From: Eledone cirrhosa
Taxonomy: Eukaryota
DNA length: 64,000 nucleotides
Reading direction: 5' to 3'
NCBI GenBank assembly: GCA_964016885.1
Contig: OZ024744.1
Location: 32,798,001 to 32,862,000 of the forward strand
Shown here: one piece after another, positions 1-12,560 of the stretch
Numbering within the stretch: the stretch's first letter is position 1
Layout: the number at the start of each line of letters is the position of its first letter
Translations under genes and position numbers: made by a program
The notes under the pieces: model-generated
What the model was told of the DNA's origin: nothing
Seen by the model: only the letters and a program-made list of their open reading frames with translations
Databases searched by the model: none

Positions 1-2668
1 TGAGGCTTTTGCACCCTCGCTCCTATCAACTACTCCAACATAATCCCAACGTGCGTCTAAGATGCCGTTCCACCACCCCGCTAGCAGTAGAGGGCGAGAC
101 GTACCCAGAAAGGTTTCCAGGCGCCTAAAGAATTCCGGTCGTCCTGCCCAAGTAGGGGTGTAGACGGCCAGCAGTCTAAAGACACCATCTTCGCTACTAC
201 TCATATCCAGGACCACCAACTTACCGTCCGGGTCCCGGAAGATCGACCTTACTTCGAAATCCAGACCTTTCCTAAACAGCACTGCAATCCCACCTCCCAT
301 TCCCGGTCTGCTAACAGATACAAAGATCTGATAGTCGTCGAAAATGGGGGCTAGTGCGCGCGTGTCGGAAATCCTGGTCTCGCTGACGGCGATCACATCC
401 TTTTTCAGAGACCTGAGGTCGTTGAGCAGGTGACCCTGCTTCCAGGGTGACCCCAGGCCGCGAACATTTAAACATCCTACTCTTAATATGGCCTTGTTGG
501 CCTCCCGGTGTCTTGTGAAGGTCGGGTGGTTCAACCTCCATAGTTGGTGGCATTTCTTTTGGGAACACCTTTAAAAGTCTCGATGTGGGTTTCACGTTCG
601 GGGTTCCCACGTCTTGAGGAAAGCTCTCTCGAATTTCTTTGTAGGAATCGAGCGGCATTCACACTAGAAACAAATCTTCTGGCACGCAAAATGTGTTCAA
701 TTCAAAGATCTCCCCCTCTGTTTGGATGTCCTCGCTTCGAGCTAAGAGGGCCATCAATTCATCGTTGGCCCTTCTGACAAGCACGATGTTTTTAATGTTT
801 TGTTGGTCTGGTTTCATTTGTTTTCGTTTTGGTGACTGTGGTGTTGATGGTTTTGGTGGTGTTGTTTCTGGTAAGTCTGTGTTTGTTGTAGGTGTGGTGT
901 CTGCAATTTCAGGTGTATGTGTGTTTATTTCTTCTTGTGTTTGTTTAGGTTGTTTATGTTTCGGGGATTGTGTGGGTGGTGTTGATGTTGATGTTGATGT
1001 TATTGGGGAAGTGTTTGCGTTGGTGGTGTCTGTATTTTTTGTTGTGTATGCTTTTGTGCTTTGTTGGGGCTTTTTTTTTTTTGGTGAGTTTTCTCTTTTG
1101 TTTTTTGGCACTTTTGGGTTTTCCTTCATCTTCACTGCTGGAAGACAAAGGATCTGTGGCTGTGAGTGTATCTGTGTCTGTGTGTCCATTTACTGTTTTG
1201 TCTATGTGTATAATTGGAGGGGTAGGGGGAGTGGGAGAGCTTTCCTCGTTTTCCCCTTGGATTGGATTCGGTGCTGGTGGTGGTCCGACTGTTTTTGATG
1301 TTGGTGGGGTTACCGGTGTCATTGTTGGTGTTGTTTTTGGTGGTGGTGGTGCAGCTTTCCATGCTGACACTGGTGTTGGCAACAAAGGAGGTTTGCGAGC
1401 CCCTGCATTTTTGAGCTGAGGGCAGAAGTCTTGCAGATGCGTTGCTTCCCCGAAGACGAAGCAGTGCGGTCTTCTTCCATCAGTGATTAGTTGGATTGTT
1501 GTCCCGTCATGTAGGCGGGCACAATCCGGTATGTTGATATCCTCGGGTTTCATTTGGAGAAAAATCTCCAAATCCATTCCGGACCAGTCTTCTCTCTCTG
1601 TCCTTTTGATATCCAGGAAGGTAGTGTCTGTCCCCTCGTCGATTACGCATCCCAGGAGCCAGCATATTTTCACTCCTGGTGGGATCCTGGGAATGCGGAC
1701 CTTTACTGTCCTTTTGCCCATGTAGCACAGGTGCATGATAATGCGTTCGATTCTGCAGGGGCTTGCCGAGTGCTTAATAGCAAGGGCCTCGGTTTTGAAC
1801 AGTACTGAGATGGTACCGAACTGCTTGGCCCTTGTTTTATACTCGATGTCACTTCCGATGCACTTCAAAGCAACCTCGACTACTGCTTGGCTGGCAAGTT
1901 CCACTTTGCGTGTCTGCACTGAAATGCATCGAAAGTACACCTTTGCGTGGCCACTATTGCCCCGTCCGGGATGGTCAGGTTTTCCCAGGACTTCTCCCGT
2001 TTAATTAACCTCCACGCCTGGGTTAACTGTTAGTCCTTATCGCTAATATCAATATTCAATAAGCGCTTTGTTTTCGCTGCTGCCGCTGCAAAGGTGGCGC
2101 CTCTGTTGCTCTTGTTGCTGGTGTTGTCGTTCTTGTTGTTGTTAGTGTTGTTGTTGTTGTTTTGTTTGTTGTTGCTGTTGCCACCGCCATCCGTGTTTAC
2201 ATTGAAGCTGTCGGTGTTATTGTCGTTGTTGTGGTGGTGTTGGTGGTGTCGTTTTGAGATGGTACTGCTACAGTCACAGAAGGCAGCGGTTGTGATGGTA
2301 ACTTTTGTGTTTTGCCTTCACATTCAGTGGATTGGAGGACAGGCATGTCTGTAGTAGTAGTAGTTGTGGTGAGATCTATTGTGGCTGTTTTTGAAATTTT
2401 GAAATTTTGACCTGAACAAGGTCTAAAATTTCCATTTTTTTTTTTTCGGTGAGAAAGCGATTTTTTTTCGAAGTTCTTAAAATTAAATCTGAATATTCGG
2501 GCCTAAAGCCCGAATATTGATAGATCTCCCTTCCTTGGAACCAGGTGTGTACCTTAAGCTTCGTTAACGACAAGAGAATACAAAAAATGATACTTTAAAA
2601 CAGCTTAAAATTACGAACCTTTTCCCCCCACAGACTTGTACATCTTCACACATGTGCGTCCAACAGTG
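1..2668 (-). mobile_element. Tx1/L1-clade non-LTR retrotransposon, 5' part (disrupted ORF1 plus start of ORF2 endonuclease); runs off window start
   Basis: ORF 954..1940 is homologous to the ORF1s at 24213 and 30756 (EDWSG motif, degenerate knuckle CFVFGEATHLQDFC). Bases below ~495 read ILRVGCLNVRGLGSPWKQGHLLNDLR like the ORF2 start at 24177. Likely ORF1 ATG at 2435 after an A-run; short (AAT)3 at ~2668. Confidence 0.85.
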
Positions 2669-2830
2669 ATAATAATAACAACGAAAACTGTAATGGCGAT
2701 TGACAATAACATCAACACCAACAGTAATAAGAATAACAACGACAACAACACAATACAATTATTCCATTACCCAAGGTTTACTGAAGACAGGTGACCCCAA
2801 AATATACACACAGATGCAGAACGTAAAGTT

Positions 2831-2879
<49 letters not shown>

Positions 2880-2941
2880 CAAATAACGAAACGAAATTAA
2901 ATTTCGTTTCGTTTGTAACTCACTTTTGTATGACTGACGCT

Positions 2942-3788
2942 TAAACAATTAAGTTAAAAATGTACATCCACATATGTATACTGAAATACTAGTATGCATA
3001 TGAATACACACACGTGTACATATGTAGATGTACCGAGTTTTTCACTGGACACTTTACTGTGAGTGTCCAGCTATTCTGTATGTAAACACACAGACAAACC
3101 GGTTTTTAGAGTCATACTGGTTTTCGAGGAAACACCTTTCCTCTATTCTCCAGAAAGCCAGACAAGGAATATTGGACTAGTTTCGATGTTGTTACATCTC
3201 ATCAGCAATATTTACCTATCTTCCGGCCTTTCTAGAGAATCGTAAAAGCACATATCGTTATATGCTTTTTCTATGAAAATTAGTAGTGGGCAGACTAATT
3301 TGCATAGAGCGTGAGTACATACCGGTTCAGGGGAGACGATAAAAACAAATAACGAAGCGAAATTTAATTTCGTTTCGTTATTTGTTTTTATCGTCTCCGC
3401 TGAACCGGTATGTACTCACGCTCTATGCAAATTAGTCTGCCCACTACTAATTTTCATAGAAAAAGCATATAACGATATGTGCTTTTACGATTCTCTAGAA
3501 AGGCCGGAAGATAGGTAAATATTGCTGATGAGATGTAACAACATCGAAACTAGTCCAATATTCCTTGTCTGGCTTTCTGGAGAATAGAGGAAAGGTGTTT
3601 CCTCGAAAACCAGTATGACTCTAAAAACCGGTTTGTCTGTGTGTTTACATACAGAATAGCTGGACACTCACAGTAAAGTGTCCAGTGAAAAACTCGGTAC
3701 ATCTACATATGTACACGTGTGTGTATTCATATGCATACTAGTATTTCAGTATACATATGTGGATGTACATTTTTAACTTAATTGTTTA
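2942..3788. repeat. 847-bp near-perfect palindrome (423-bp arms, centre 3365); non-coding HHR-bearing unit
   Basis: Arms are reverse complements with at least 2 substitutions. AAAACAAATAACGAARCGAAATT recurs at ~2877 and ~3342, giving a monomer of ~465 bp. (TA)n on both sides. Confidence 0.95.
3518..3562 (+). ncRNA. Minimal type I hammerhead ribozyme (mirror copy on minus strand at 3168..3212)
   Basis: AATATTG-CTGATGA-GATGT(AACA)ACATC-GAAA-CTAG-TC-CAATATT: canonical core, 7-bp stem I, 5-bp stem II, self-complementary ACTAGT stem III, GUC cleavage site. Confidence 0.93.
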
Positions 3789-3794
3789 TATATA

Positions 3795-5870
3795 TATTGG
3801 TAAACGGAATAGAAAATGCTGACAAATTGTTCACAGTTGAAAAATGGTTTAATTAGGAATAAAAGAGTGTTAGTAATTGTATGGGTTAGTATTCAGTTGA
3901 GGTTTTAAGTTTTTACCGGTTGCGCATTTCTAAATGCTTTTCAAAAATAATTTTGAGATAGAGTGTCCGTGTTGTTTGCTCTGATCTGATTAGTTTTGGG
4001 AATTCTACCTGTTTTTATGTTAACAAAGTGGCTCCAGCGCTACTTTGGTGTTGCAAAAATTCTTGTGGTCAAAACAATTTTGATTGGTCGGTAGAGGTCA
4101 TGTGAATGTATGTCATCAATGTCCCCTCACCCAATGATCTCAAATTAAGACCTATAATAGCAGGCCCCGCTTGCGAAACCCACCGCCTTAGCAACTTCAT
4201 TGATACCCTTCTCAAACCCTTTCTCAAACACATCAAAAGCTATATAAGGGACGACCTAGATATGCTCAATCACCTCCCTAATATGCCACTTTCTGAACAA
4301 ACCCTACTAGTGACGTTCGATGTAGTCAACCTATACTCCAACATCCCCCACAACCTAGGAATAGAAGCTATCCAATTCTGGCTGGATAATTTCCACAATG
4401 AACTCCCACAACGCATCAAAAAAGAATTCGTGATAGAGGGACTCAAATTTATCTTGGAGAACAATTACTTCGTTTTCAATAGCAAACCCTACAGGCAGAA
4501 ATCTGGGACCGCTATGGGAACGAAAACAGCCCCCACTTATGCCAACCTAGTCATGGGATACCTGGAAATCACCCTCTACACTAAAGTCCTAAACAAATTT
4601 GGAAACACCCTCCACTTACACATTGAAAGGAACTGGAAGCGATATCTAGATGACTGCTTCATCCTTTGGCACGAAAACATCGAAAAACTTAAAGAATTTC
4701 ACACCCTTATAAATGGGCTCAACACGAATATTAACTTCACGGTGGAATACAGCCATCAACAACTCCCCTTCCTCGACATCCTCATTAAGATCCATAACAA
4801 AAAAATAGAAACAGACATATACTACAAGCCCACAGACTCCAAGCAATATCTCCCTTTCAACTCTTGCCACCCTAGACACGTTAAAATTAATATTCCCTAC
4901 AACTTAGCCAAGAGAATCTGTACTATAGTCTCCAATAAAAACACCTGCTACTTACGGCTACAAGAACTAAAGGACACACTCATAGGCAGGGACTACCCTG
5001 CATCACTAATTGACAATGGAATCCAACGTGCTCTAAAACTCAGTACCCAGGACCTTAGACACCCTAAAATAAATCAACCGAAACTAAAAGCTCTTCCATA
5101 CATCTCCACACACAACCCCCTTAACAATGAGGCCTTTGACACCATCCTCCAGAACATCCCTGTGTTGAAAAAGGACCATAGAATGAACCAAATCCTACGA
5201 ACACACGATATCATAAAGAGCAAAAGACAATCCAAGTCAATGAAAAACATCCTAACACATGCCAAAGTACTGCCAACCACAACAACGAAACCCACAGTAA
5301 AAAAAAATGCGATAGACCCAACTGTGGCATTTGCATCAACCTAATAGAGGGTTCGGAATTCTATTTCAAAGAAGGACAACGTTTTACAGTAAAACACAAT
5401 TTCACATGTGCATCGGAAAATCTAATATATGTATTAACTTGCTCAGGTTGTCGAGAACAATACATAGGCCAGACCAAAAACAGCCTCCGTCAACGCATGA
5501 CTGTCCATAGATCCCAAATTAAAATACGGGAATACAGGAAAATACCACTGAGTGAACTCATTGATACCTGTGCCGCCCAAAATCATCCCAACTTCAGAAT
5601 CTTTCCCCTCTACAAATTTAAAGATAATGCCACCCACACCCAGCGCATCAGCAAGGAATCTTACTTCATTAACAAATACAGACCCCGTCTAAACACTTCT
5701 CCCTAAGACGAACTCACAATATACACACGTCAACATACATACCTACATCAGCACACATCTCTACCCACATATAAACACAATGACATACGTAAACACACAT
5801 GCTCTATGGTGCAATACAAAAAAATATATGTGTATGTATATGTATGTATATGTATGTAGTGAATATATGT

Positions 5871-5909
<39 letters not shown>

Positions 5910-6257
5910 GTGAATATCATTTCACACCTTTTATTGTTAAGATTTTTGATGTTCTATTAAGAGAACCGATTTTACTGAAAAAATCGAATAATGTACACCA
6001 TTTTACCAGGGGGAAAAAAATACTGGTCCACCCACAGACACACACACACATTCTCACACACACACATATATACACACACACACATACACACGCGTACATT
6101 AACATACAAAGAGACTTATACACACACACACACGCACACACACACACTTCTCCGTATAAGACAAAAGCTGAAAAATATCTTTTGACATGCTAAAATACCC
6201 CCCACTGCTTACAGACACATTTCTACTGACCATCCCTGCTACCACAAATTACTCTGC

Positions 6258-6326
<69 letters not shown>

Positions 6327-6941
6327 ATCTTAATAACATTTGACACACATCCCTGCTAACCATTATCACAACATCGAATACCTTACTACTACTACACACA
6401 CACACACACACATATTTGTTGTGAAAGAGTTATTTCTTAGTCTTGGCGCAAAATCAATTTTTTATTCACATGACCTCTACCGACCAATCAAAATTGTTTT
6501 GACCACAAGTATTTTTGCAAACACCAAGTAGCGCTGGAGCCACTTTTTTAACATAAAAACAGTCTTGGCGCAAAATCAATTTTTTACATTCACATGACCT
6601 CTACCGACCAATCAAAATTGTTTTGACCACAAGAATTTTTGCAACACCAAAGTAGCGCTGGAGCCACTTTGTTAACATAAAAACAGGTAGAATTCCCAAA
6701 ACTAATCAGATCAGAGCAAACAACACGGACACTCTATCTCAAAATTATTTTTGAAAAGCATTTAGAAATGCGCAACCGGTAAAAACTTAAAAACTTGAAA
6801 CCACAACTGAATACTAACCCATACAATTACTAATACTCTTTTATTCCTAATTAAACCATTTTTCAACTGTGAACAATTTGCCATCATTTTCTTTTCCGTT
6901 TCCCAATATATAATAACTTGTGTGTTACACCTCTATTCTTT

Positions 6942-6946
<5 letters not shown>
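3795..6946 (+). mobile_element. Penelope-like element (Neptune-like), 5'-truncated, with inverted pLTR at 5' end
   Basis: RT and GIY-YIG coding region 4106..5706. 3795..4105 is the reverse complement of ~6590..6907, followed by a ~40-nt 3' tail. Internal 122-bp tandem duplication at 6439/6561. Flanked by (TA)n. Confidence 0.92.
4106..5706 (+). pseudogene. PLE reverse transcriptase plus GIY-YIG endonuclease (frameshift in A-run ~5300)
   Basis: Motifs LRPIIA, FDVVNLY, GTAMGT, RYLDD, LPFLD, YYKPTD; after the shift, KCDRPNCGIC linker and YVLTCSGCREQYIGQT. Confidence 0.92.
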
Positions 6947-7014
<68 letters not shown>

Positions 7015-7049
7015 CCATCAGCACAGTTGAGGTATGTCAGACATCAATT

Positions 7050-7115
7050 TATTTTATCTGATGAGGACGTACTGATGAAACAGCTCAGTACCTCTGAAAT
7101 ATATATAATAAAATA
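7050..7115 (+). ncRNA. Type I hammerhead ribozyme in a pLTR-like fragment (~7013-7160)
   Basis: TATTTTAT-CTGATGA-[GTACTGA/TCAGTAC stem]-GAAA-TATATA-TA-ATAAAATA. Confidence 0.8.
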
Positions 7116-7370
7116 TATTTGATCACATGAATGTCTATATTTATTAATATTTTGATTTAATATATATATATGTATATATATATATATAAATATATATATA
7201 TATACAAGGAAGTGTGGTAAGGAGCGAGATGGACCATAACGCACCAGGGTACTCAATACTTAGGGTAGTAGAGTGGGAAATTGGAAAAAGTGCTCAAGCC
7301 GTTCTGATGGCTATTTCCAGAAATAGCCGGTCGGAACGGCTTCAGCTCTGCCGTCGGGGTTAAACGTTTT

Positions 7371-7442
<72 letters not shown>

Positions 7443-7448
<6 letters not shown>

Positions 7449-7870
7449 TTCAAAATATTAACAACAATAGACATTCCTGTGATCAAGTATATTTTATTAT
7501 ACATATTTCAGAGGTACTCAGTTAACTTCAACAGTACGTCCCCATCAGATAAAATAAGATGATGCATGACATACCATAACATAGTAGAAGGTTCAGATTC
7601 AGTCATGACTGAATCTTAACAATCTACTATGTCAGGGTATGCCATGCATCATTTTATTTTATTTTATCTGATGAGGACGTGCTGTTGAAGATAGCTCAGT
7701 ACCTCTGAAATATGTATAATAAAATATACTTGATCACACGAATATCTATTTTGTTAATATTTTGAATTAATATTAATAACTCCGGAAAACCAAAAAGAGT
7801 TGAGTGCTTCCAATCTATTGTAAAACTCATTCTTTGATTTATTCATTGAACCTTGTTTAACCTTTAAATA
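7443..7870. mobile_element. Fold-back HHR mini-element (centre 7605/7606) with ~95-nt unpaired tail
   Basis: Imperfect inverted arms ~7443..7605 and 7606..7772. HHR at 7660..7726 (+) is the same family as 7050. Flanked by (TA)n. Confidence 0.85.
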
Positions 7871-8069
7871 TATATATATATAGTGAAAAATGGAACGGGA
7901 ACAAAACAGAGAGGCAGTACGAACAAAGGTTTATTAGTTTCACGCTCTTGCGAGTGGGGTGGTGGGGAACGACGTTTCAGGCATATATATATATATATAT
8001 GATGTTCATATACATAAATAAAGCCAAAAAGTAGTAAAAGAATAAAAAATGTTTCAAACTTGGACGTTG

Positions 8070-8300
8070 AAATGACTACATGTATATATATGACTACATG
8101 TATATATATGACTACATGTATATATATTCTACTACAAATATAAATATAACTACATGTATATATATATATACAACTACATGTATATATACGACTACATGAA
8201 TATATACGACTACATGTATATATACGACATGTATATATGTGACTAGATGTATATATATATACGACTACATGTATATATACGACTACATGTATATATATAT
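8070..8300. repeat. Minisatellite (GACTACATGT + variable (AT)n); continues at 9320..9480
   Basis: Repeated cgactacatgtatata units on both sides of the 8305-9320 insert, in the same orientation. Confidence 0.9.
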
Positions 8301-8304
8301 AAAT

Positions 8305-9320
8305 TTATAAGTATGTCTACGTACATACATATATGTATACAGACGTACAGTAGTATGTATATATATATACATACATGCACTCATATATATATATGTACGT
8401 ATGGATTCACCGAATATTTATTATAATGCTCGGTGTGTTTGTAAAGAAACATCCCGAATTACGCCGTACAGTGTTCGGCAACCATCGTCGCCCTTTTGTT
8501 CAACGTTGACACAGGAACGATGTACTAGTTTCAAGCTTATTAGCTATCGTCAGCATCGTATACCTTTCTGTCAGATGATTGAACGAACGTCTGAAAGTAT
8601 ATACCTTCCTTATGCATATTAACAGCTGAGCAGCCTAATTTGCATATCGAGTGAGTTAGTCGGCCGGGGTACAGAAAACGATAAACGGAAAAAATGAAAC
8701 GAAATTTAATTTCTCACAGTTAGTACGGCTGATACCTAAATATAAGTATGTATACGTACATACATATATGTATACAGACGTACAGTAGATATACATACAT
8801 GCACACATATATATATCTACGTATGGGTTTACCGAACATATATTATAATTGTTTCTACTTTAGGCACAAGGCCAGCAAATACCCAGTGCATTACTGGTAC
8901 TTTATTTTATCGACCCCGTAAGGATGAAAGGTTGTTTGCTCAGCCGTTAATATGCATAAGGAAAGTATATACTTTCAAACGTTCGTTCAATCATCTGACA
9001 GAAAGGTATGCGATGCTGACGATAGCTAATAAGCTTGAAACTAGTACAGCGTTCCTGTGTCAGTGTTGAACAAAAAGGCGACGATGGTTGCCGAGCACTG
9101 TACGGCGTAATTCGGTCTGTTTGTTTACAAACAACCGAGCATTATAATATATGTTCGGTAAACCCATACGTACATATATATTTGTGTGCATGTATGTATA
9201 TATATATATATACATACTACTGTACGTCTGTACACATAAATGTATGTACGTATACATACTTATATTTAGGTATCAGCCGTACTAAGAGTGGGAAATGAAA
9301 TTTCGTTTCATTCTTTTCCA
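8305..9320. mobile_element. Retrozyme-like HHR unit: ~435-bp monomer, partial tandem copy, then inverted copy
   Basis: ATAAGTATG unit start recurs at 8307 and 8742. 8938..9320 is inverted. HHRs at 8517..8559 (-) and 9010..9052 (+). A SINE 3' fragment lies at 8846..8930. No credible ORF. Confidence 0.85.
8517..8559 (-). ncRNA. Minimal type I hammerhead ribozyme
   Basis: ACGATG-CTGACGA-TAGCT(AATA)AGCTT-GAAA-CTAG-TA-CATCGT. Confidence 0.88.
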
Positions 9321-9645
9321 TGTATATATATATATATACGACTACATGTATATATACGACTACATGTATATATATACGACTACATTTATATATACAACTA
9401 CATGTATATATATGACTACATGTATATATATATACGACTACATATATATATATATACGACTACATGTATATATACAACTAGGCCCAGTTTATCTGATGAC
9501 CTGGGCCTCCTGCTTAGACTTATCTATGACACCGAGTACCTAGACAGCCATGACCTTAGCCATTTCTGTCCCAGTAAACCCATAAGTGTTAGACCCCCCC
9601 CCCCCCCCCCCCCCCACCATAACCTCAATGGCATAAAAGACTCCC

Positions 9646-11070
9646 ATGGTAAGGTTGATTGGGTGGACCAAAACCATACGAACCCCCCAAAACAATGATG
9701 AGGTAAGAAAAATGATCGCGCATGCAATAGGGGCTAGTATTAAAACTACCCTAAAGGGCCACATATTCAAATTCAACGAAAACCTCTACACCCAAAATGC
9801 GGGCGCAGCCATTGGCGGCAGCATAGCTGGTGTCGTTGCCAACCTTTTTTTATGGTATGGTGGGAAAGGAGACTCGAAGATCTCCTTGATGAGAGCTCCA
9901 TAGACCTCATCATGTACTCTCGTTACGTAGACGATATTAATATAGTAATAAGGACATCCCCACAAGAGAGCACTAACAAGTATGATTTAGAATGTAGCAC
10001 AATGGAAAGCATCCAGCAGATAGCTAATTCCATACACCAGAGTATAACTGTAACTATCGACTACCCTTCCAAACACCCTAACAATAGACTACCTGTATTA
10101 GACACGGAACTCTGGATTAACACTATAGACGAGAGAGCCCAAATTCTCCACTCACACTACGCTAAACCCATGGCCTCCAAATACCTGATACTCAAAAACT
10201 CAGCAATGTCCAGTAGTGTTAAGTTTAATATTCTGATCGCAGACTTGGTACAAGTGATGAAGAAAGTGTCCCGCATGTGCGACCCAACATAAATGGAAAG
10301 ACACATCCAACACTTCATCTACCGCATGGAGATCTCTGGCTACAGCCGAAGAGACAGAATCAGAGTATACAAAGTAGCCACGGAGAAGTATAAGACCATC
10401 ATAGAACTGGACATGAAAGGAATTTGCCCATTATACAGGAGCAAATCATGGAATAGCTTAGATAGGACTAAACCTAATATAGGGAAAGCCACCTCATGGT
10501 TCAACAACCAGAGATACCAGATTGTCATGTTCGTGGACGCTACCCCTGGAGGGAAATTAGCTAACCAGTGTAGAAAGGCCCTGAGAAAGACCCATTTAAA
10601 GATTAAAGTGGTAGAAAAGCCAGGAGCTACCAGAAAATCAATGATCAGCAAAATATACCCTTTTAAGAAAACCCACTGTACTAATAGGAAATCTGTTATA
10701 TGTAAAGTAAACCCCCAGATAAACTGTAAAACTAGAAACGTAGTCTATAGCATAAGATGTACAGAGGGTACTTGCAGAAACATGACAACAACATACATAG
10801 GCGAGACAGCTCGAAGCATAGGAGAAAGGATAGACAAACACTGGGGGGAATTAAAAGGATGAAAAAACGGTCCAGTGCTATACAAACACGCCAGACAACA
10901 ACATGACGGTAACATAGACAACATAGAAATTGAAATAATATCTAAGCATAGAAATGACCCAGCAGATAGGCAAGCGAAATAGAGCATAGAAGGCCAAAGC
11001 TAAACAGAAAAAATGAATGGAATAACAACAACACCCAAACAAACAATACTGACTTAAGAGAAATATAAAT
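9646..11070 (+). pseudogene. Degenerate PLE RT/GIY-YIG (Naiad-like CCHH endonuclease)
   Basis: GAAIGG, YSRYVDD, LPVLD, HYAKPMAS; YSIRCTEGTC..YIGETARS and downstream LYKHARQQH. Stops and frameshifts present. Interrupted at 11074 by a Helitron; a decayed CTGATGA..GAAA motif at ~12627 may be its pLTR. Confidence 0.85.
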
Positions 11071-11073
11071 AAA

Positions 11074-12560
11074 CTAGCAGTTTAGCCCGGCGTTGCTCGG
11101 GTTTGTTCACTTGCTATGAAAAGTTACATAGAGGTAAACGTGGCTTGAAAGCGAATAAGCTTATTAATTAAGTGCATAAAGCATTTGAACCGGTTATAAA
11201 AAGTTACGAACCAATTAGCATTTTGGACAATCAATGATGGGTTAACAATCTTCCAATAGCGAATTTAGCAGACCAAAGTTGCAAGATGGTGGCCCTGATG
11301 CCGCTGGGTGTCAGATCTATCCGCCATGGGTGACCCTACCAGGAAATAATTTTCCAGACGGCGTAGCTCCAACACCTCCAACACTTGCATCAACATCTAT
11401 AGCACATCTTTGTAGACGATATTGCCTGTCATCCCTTGAGGAGTGTAAGCAAAAAGTCCATTCCTGCTCCCTACGCGGGAACAGGCAACATAAAGTTGGC
11501 CATGGGAGAAGCATGGCTCCCCTAAATGGATGCCCGCCACTGACAATCTTTGCCCTTGTGACTTGTTAATGGACATGGCAAAACATGGTCTTACCGGGAA
11601 TTGGGATCGCCGGAAATCGAACGGGATATCTGACGCCGAGAGGAAAAGATTCATCCTTGGCAGTGTATTCAGCAGAATTGCCAGAACTACAACACTATGG
11701 GTGTTGTCATATTAATATTTAACCAATGAAAGTCGTAAAAAATAAATAATTTAAACATTCCAATTCATATGTCTATAGCATTAATCTGTTATATGAAGTG
11801 TTATTTTGCGGGTTGTTATTTGCAATAAGCCGATTTAAAATGCCCTAGAAAAGCGGTATGTCAATACAGAACTCCAATGACTCCCCCAGCAGTTAAATTA
11901 TAGAGAGGTAAAATCTATTATAGAGAGAGGAAAGAGCGACGGAGAGAGTAAAGCTAAGAAACTATAGGGAGGTGTGTAAAACAGTGTTGTCAAATAGAGA
12001 GTGAAGAGCGACAGAGAGAGTAAAGCAGTTAAATTATAGAGAGGGGGAATGATCTATTATAGAGAGAGAGAGAAGAGCGACGGAGAGAGCGTTATGCCTA
12101 TGTTTTTGTTGTATAAAATGATGTGTTGCTTAATTTTCAAAGTTTATGTCGCGTCCCTGAACGAAGTTTTGTCGCTGTTGTAAATTGTAATGGTGATAGG
12201 GTAGTAGAGGGAGGCATTATCCTTTTAAAGAGAGTTGCAGATGAGATTGAGAGGGGAGTAGAGAGAGGGATGAATCTTTTAAATAGAGTTGCCACATGTT
12301 TGTAGTTTCATAGATTGTTGAAGGTAGTAGAGAGGGGGATTTAAGCATGTAAGAGAGAGGGTTAGAGCATGTATTTAGTTTTATCGATTTTTTCATAGAA
12401 GCAGGATATTTTTGGCAAAGTTTATTACGCATTGACCATCGTTGGTAAATTTGGAGCACATTGGAAAAGAAATCATCAAAATCGGTACATAAATGTGGAA
12501 ATGCATAAAAATCATACACACACACAGACAGACGTCTTCCGCTTTATATATATAGAGAGA
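11074..12560 (-). mobile_element. Non-autonomous Helitron
   Basis: Minus strand starts TC at 12560 and ends with a CCCG..CGGG hairpin plus CTAG at 11074, between A and T with no TSD. Carries the RepHel helicase C-terminus. Confidence 0.92.
11397..11654 (-). pseudogene. Helitron PIF1-like helicase C-terminal fragment
   Basis: QFPVRPCFAMSINKSQGQ, FSHGQLYVACSRV, NIVYKDVL. Confidence 0.93.

Noticed and set aside
3580-3615. Second hammerhead (CTGGAGA..GAGGAAA/TTTCCTC-GAAA)
   Set aside because: Core mismatch, extra bases, and no convincing stem I or III.
3063-3667. Two identical 60-aa ORFs on opposite strands
   Set aside because: A by-product of the palindrome; GTG start and no recognisable motif.
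8070-9480. CRISPR-like repeat pattern
   Set aside because: The spacers are only variable (TA)n, the context is eukaryotic, and there are no cas genes.
10860-10862. In-frame TGA in the Naiad-like endonuclease as selenocysteine
   Set aside because: It is not at a conserved Cys position, the copy has other disabling mutations, and I recognised no SECIS.
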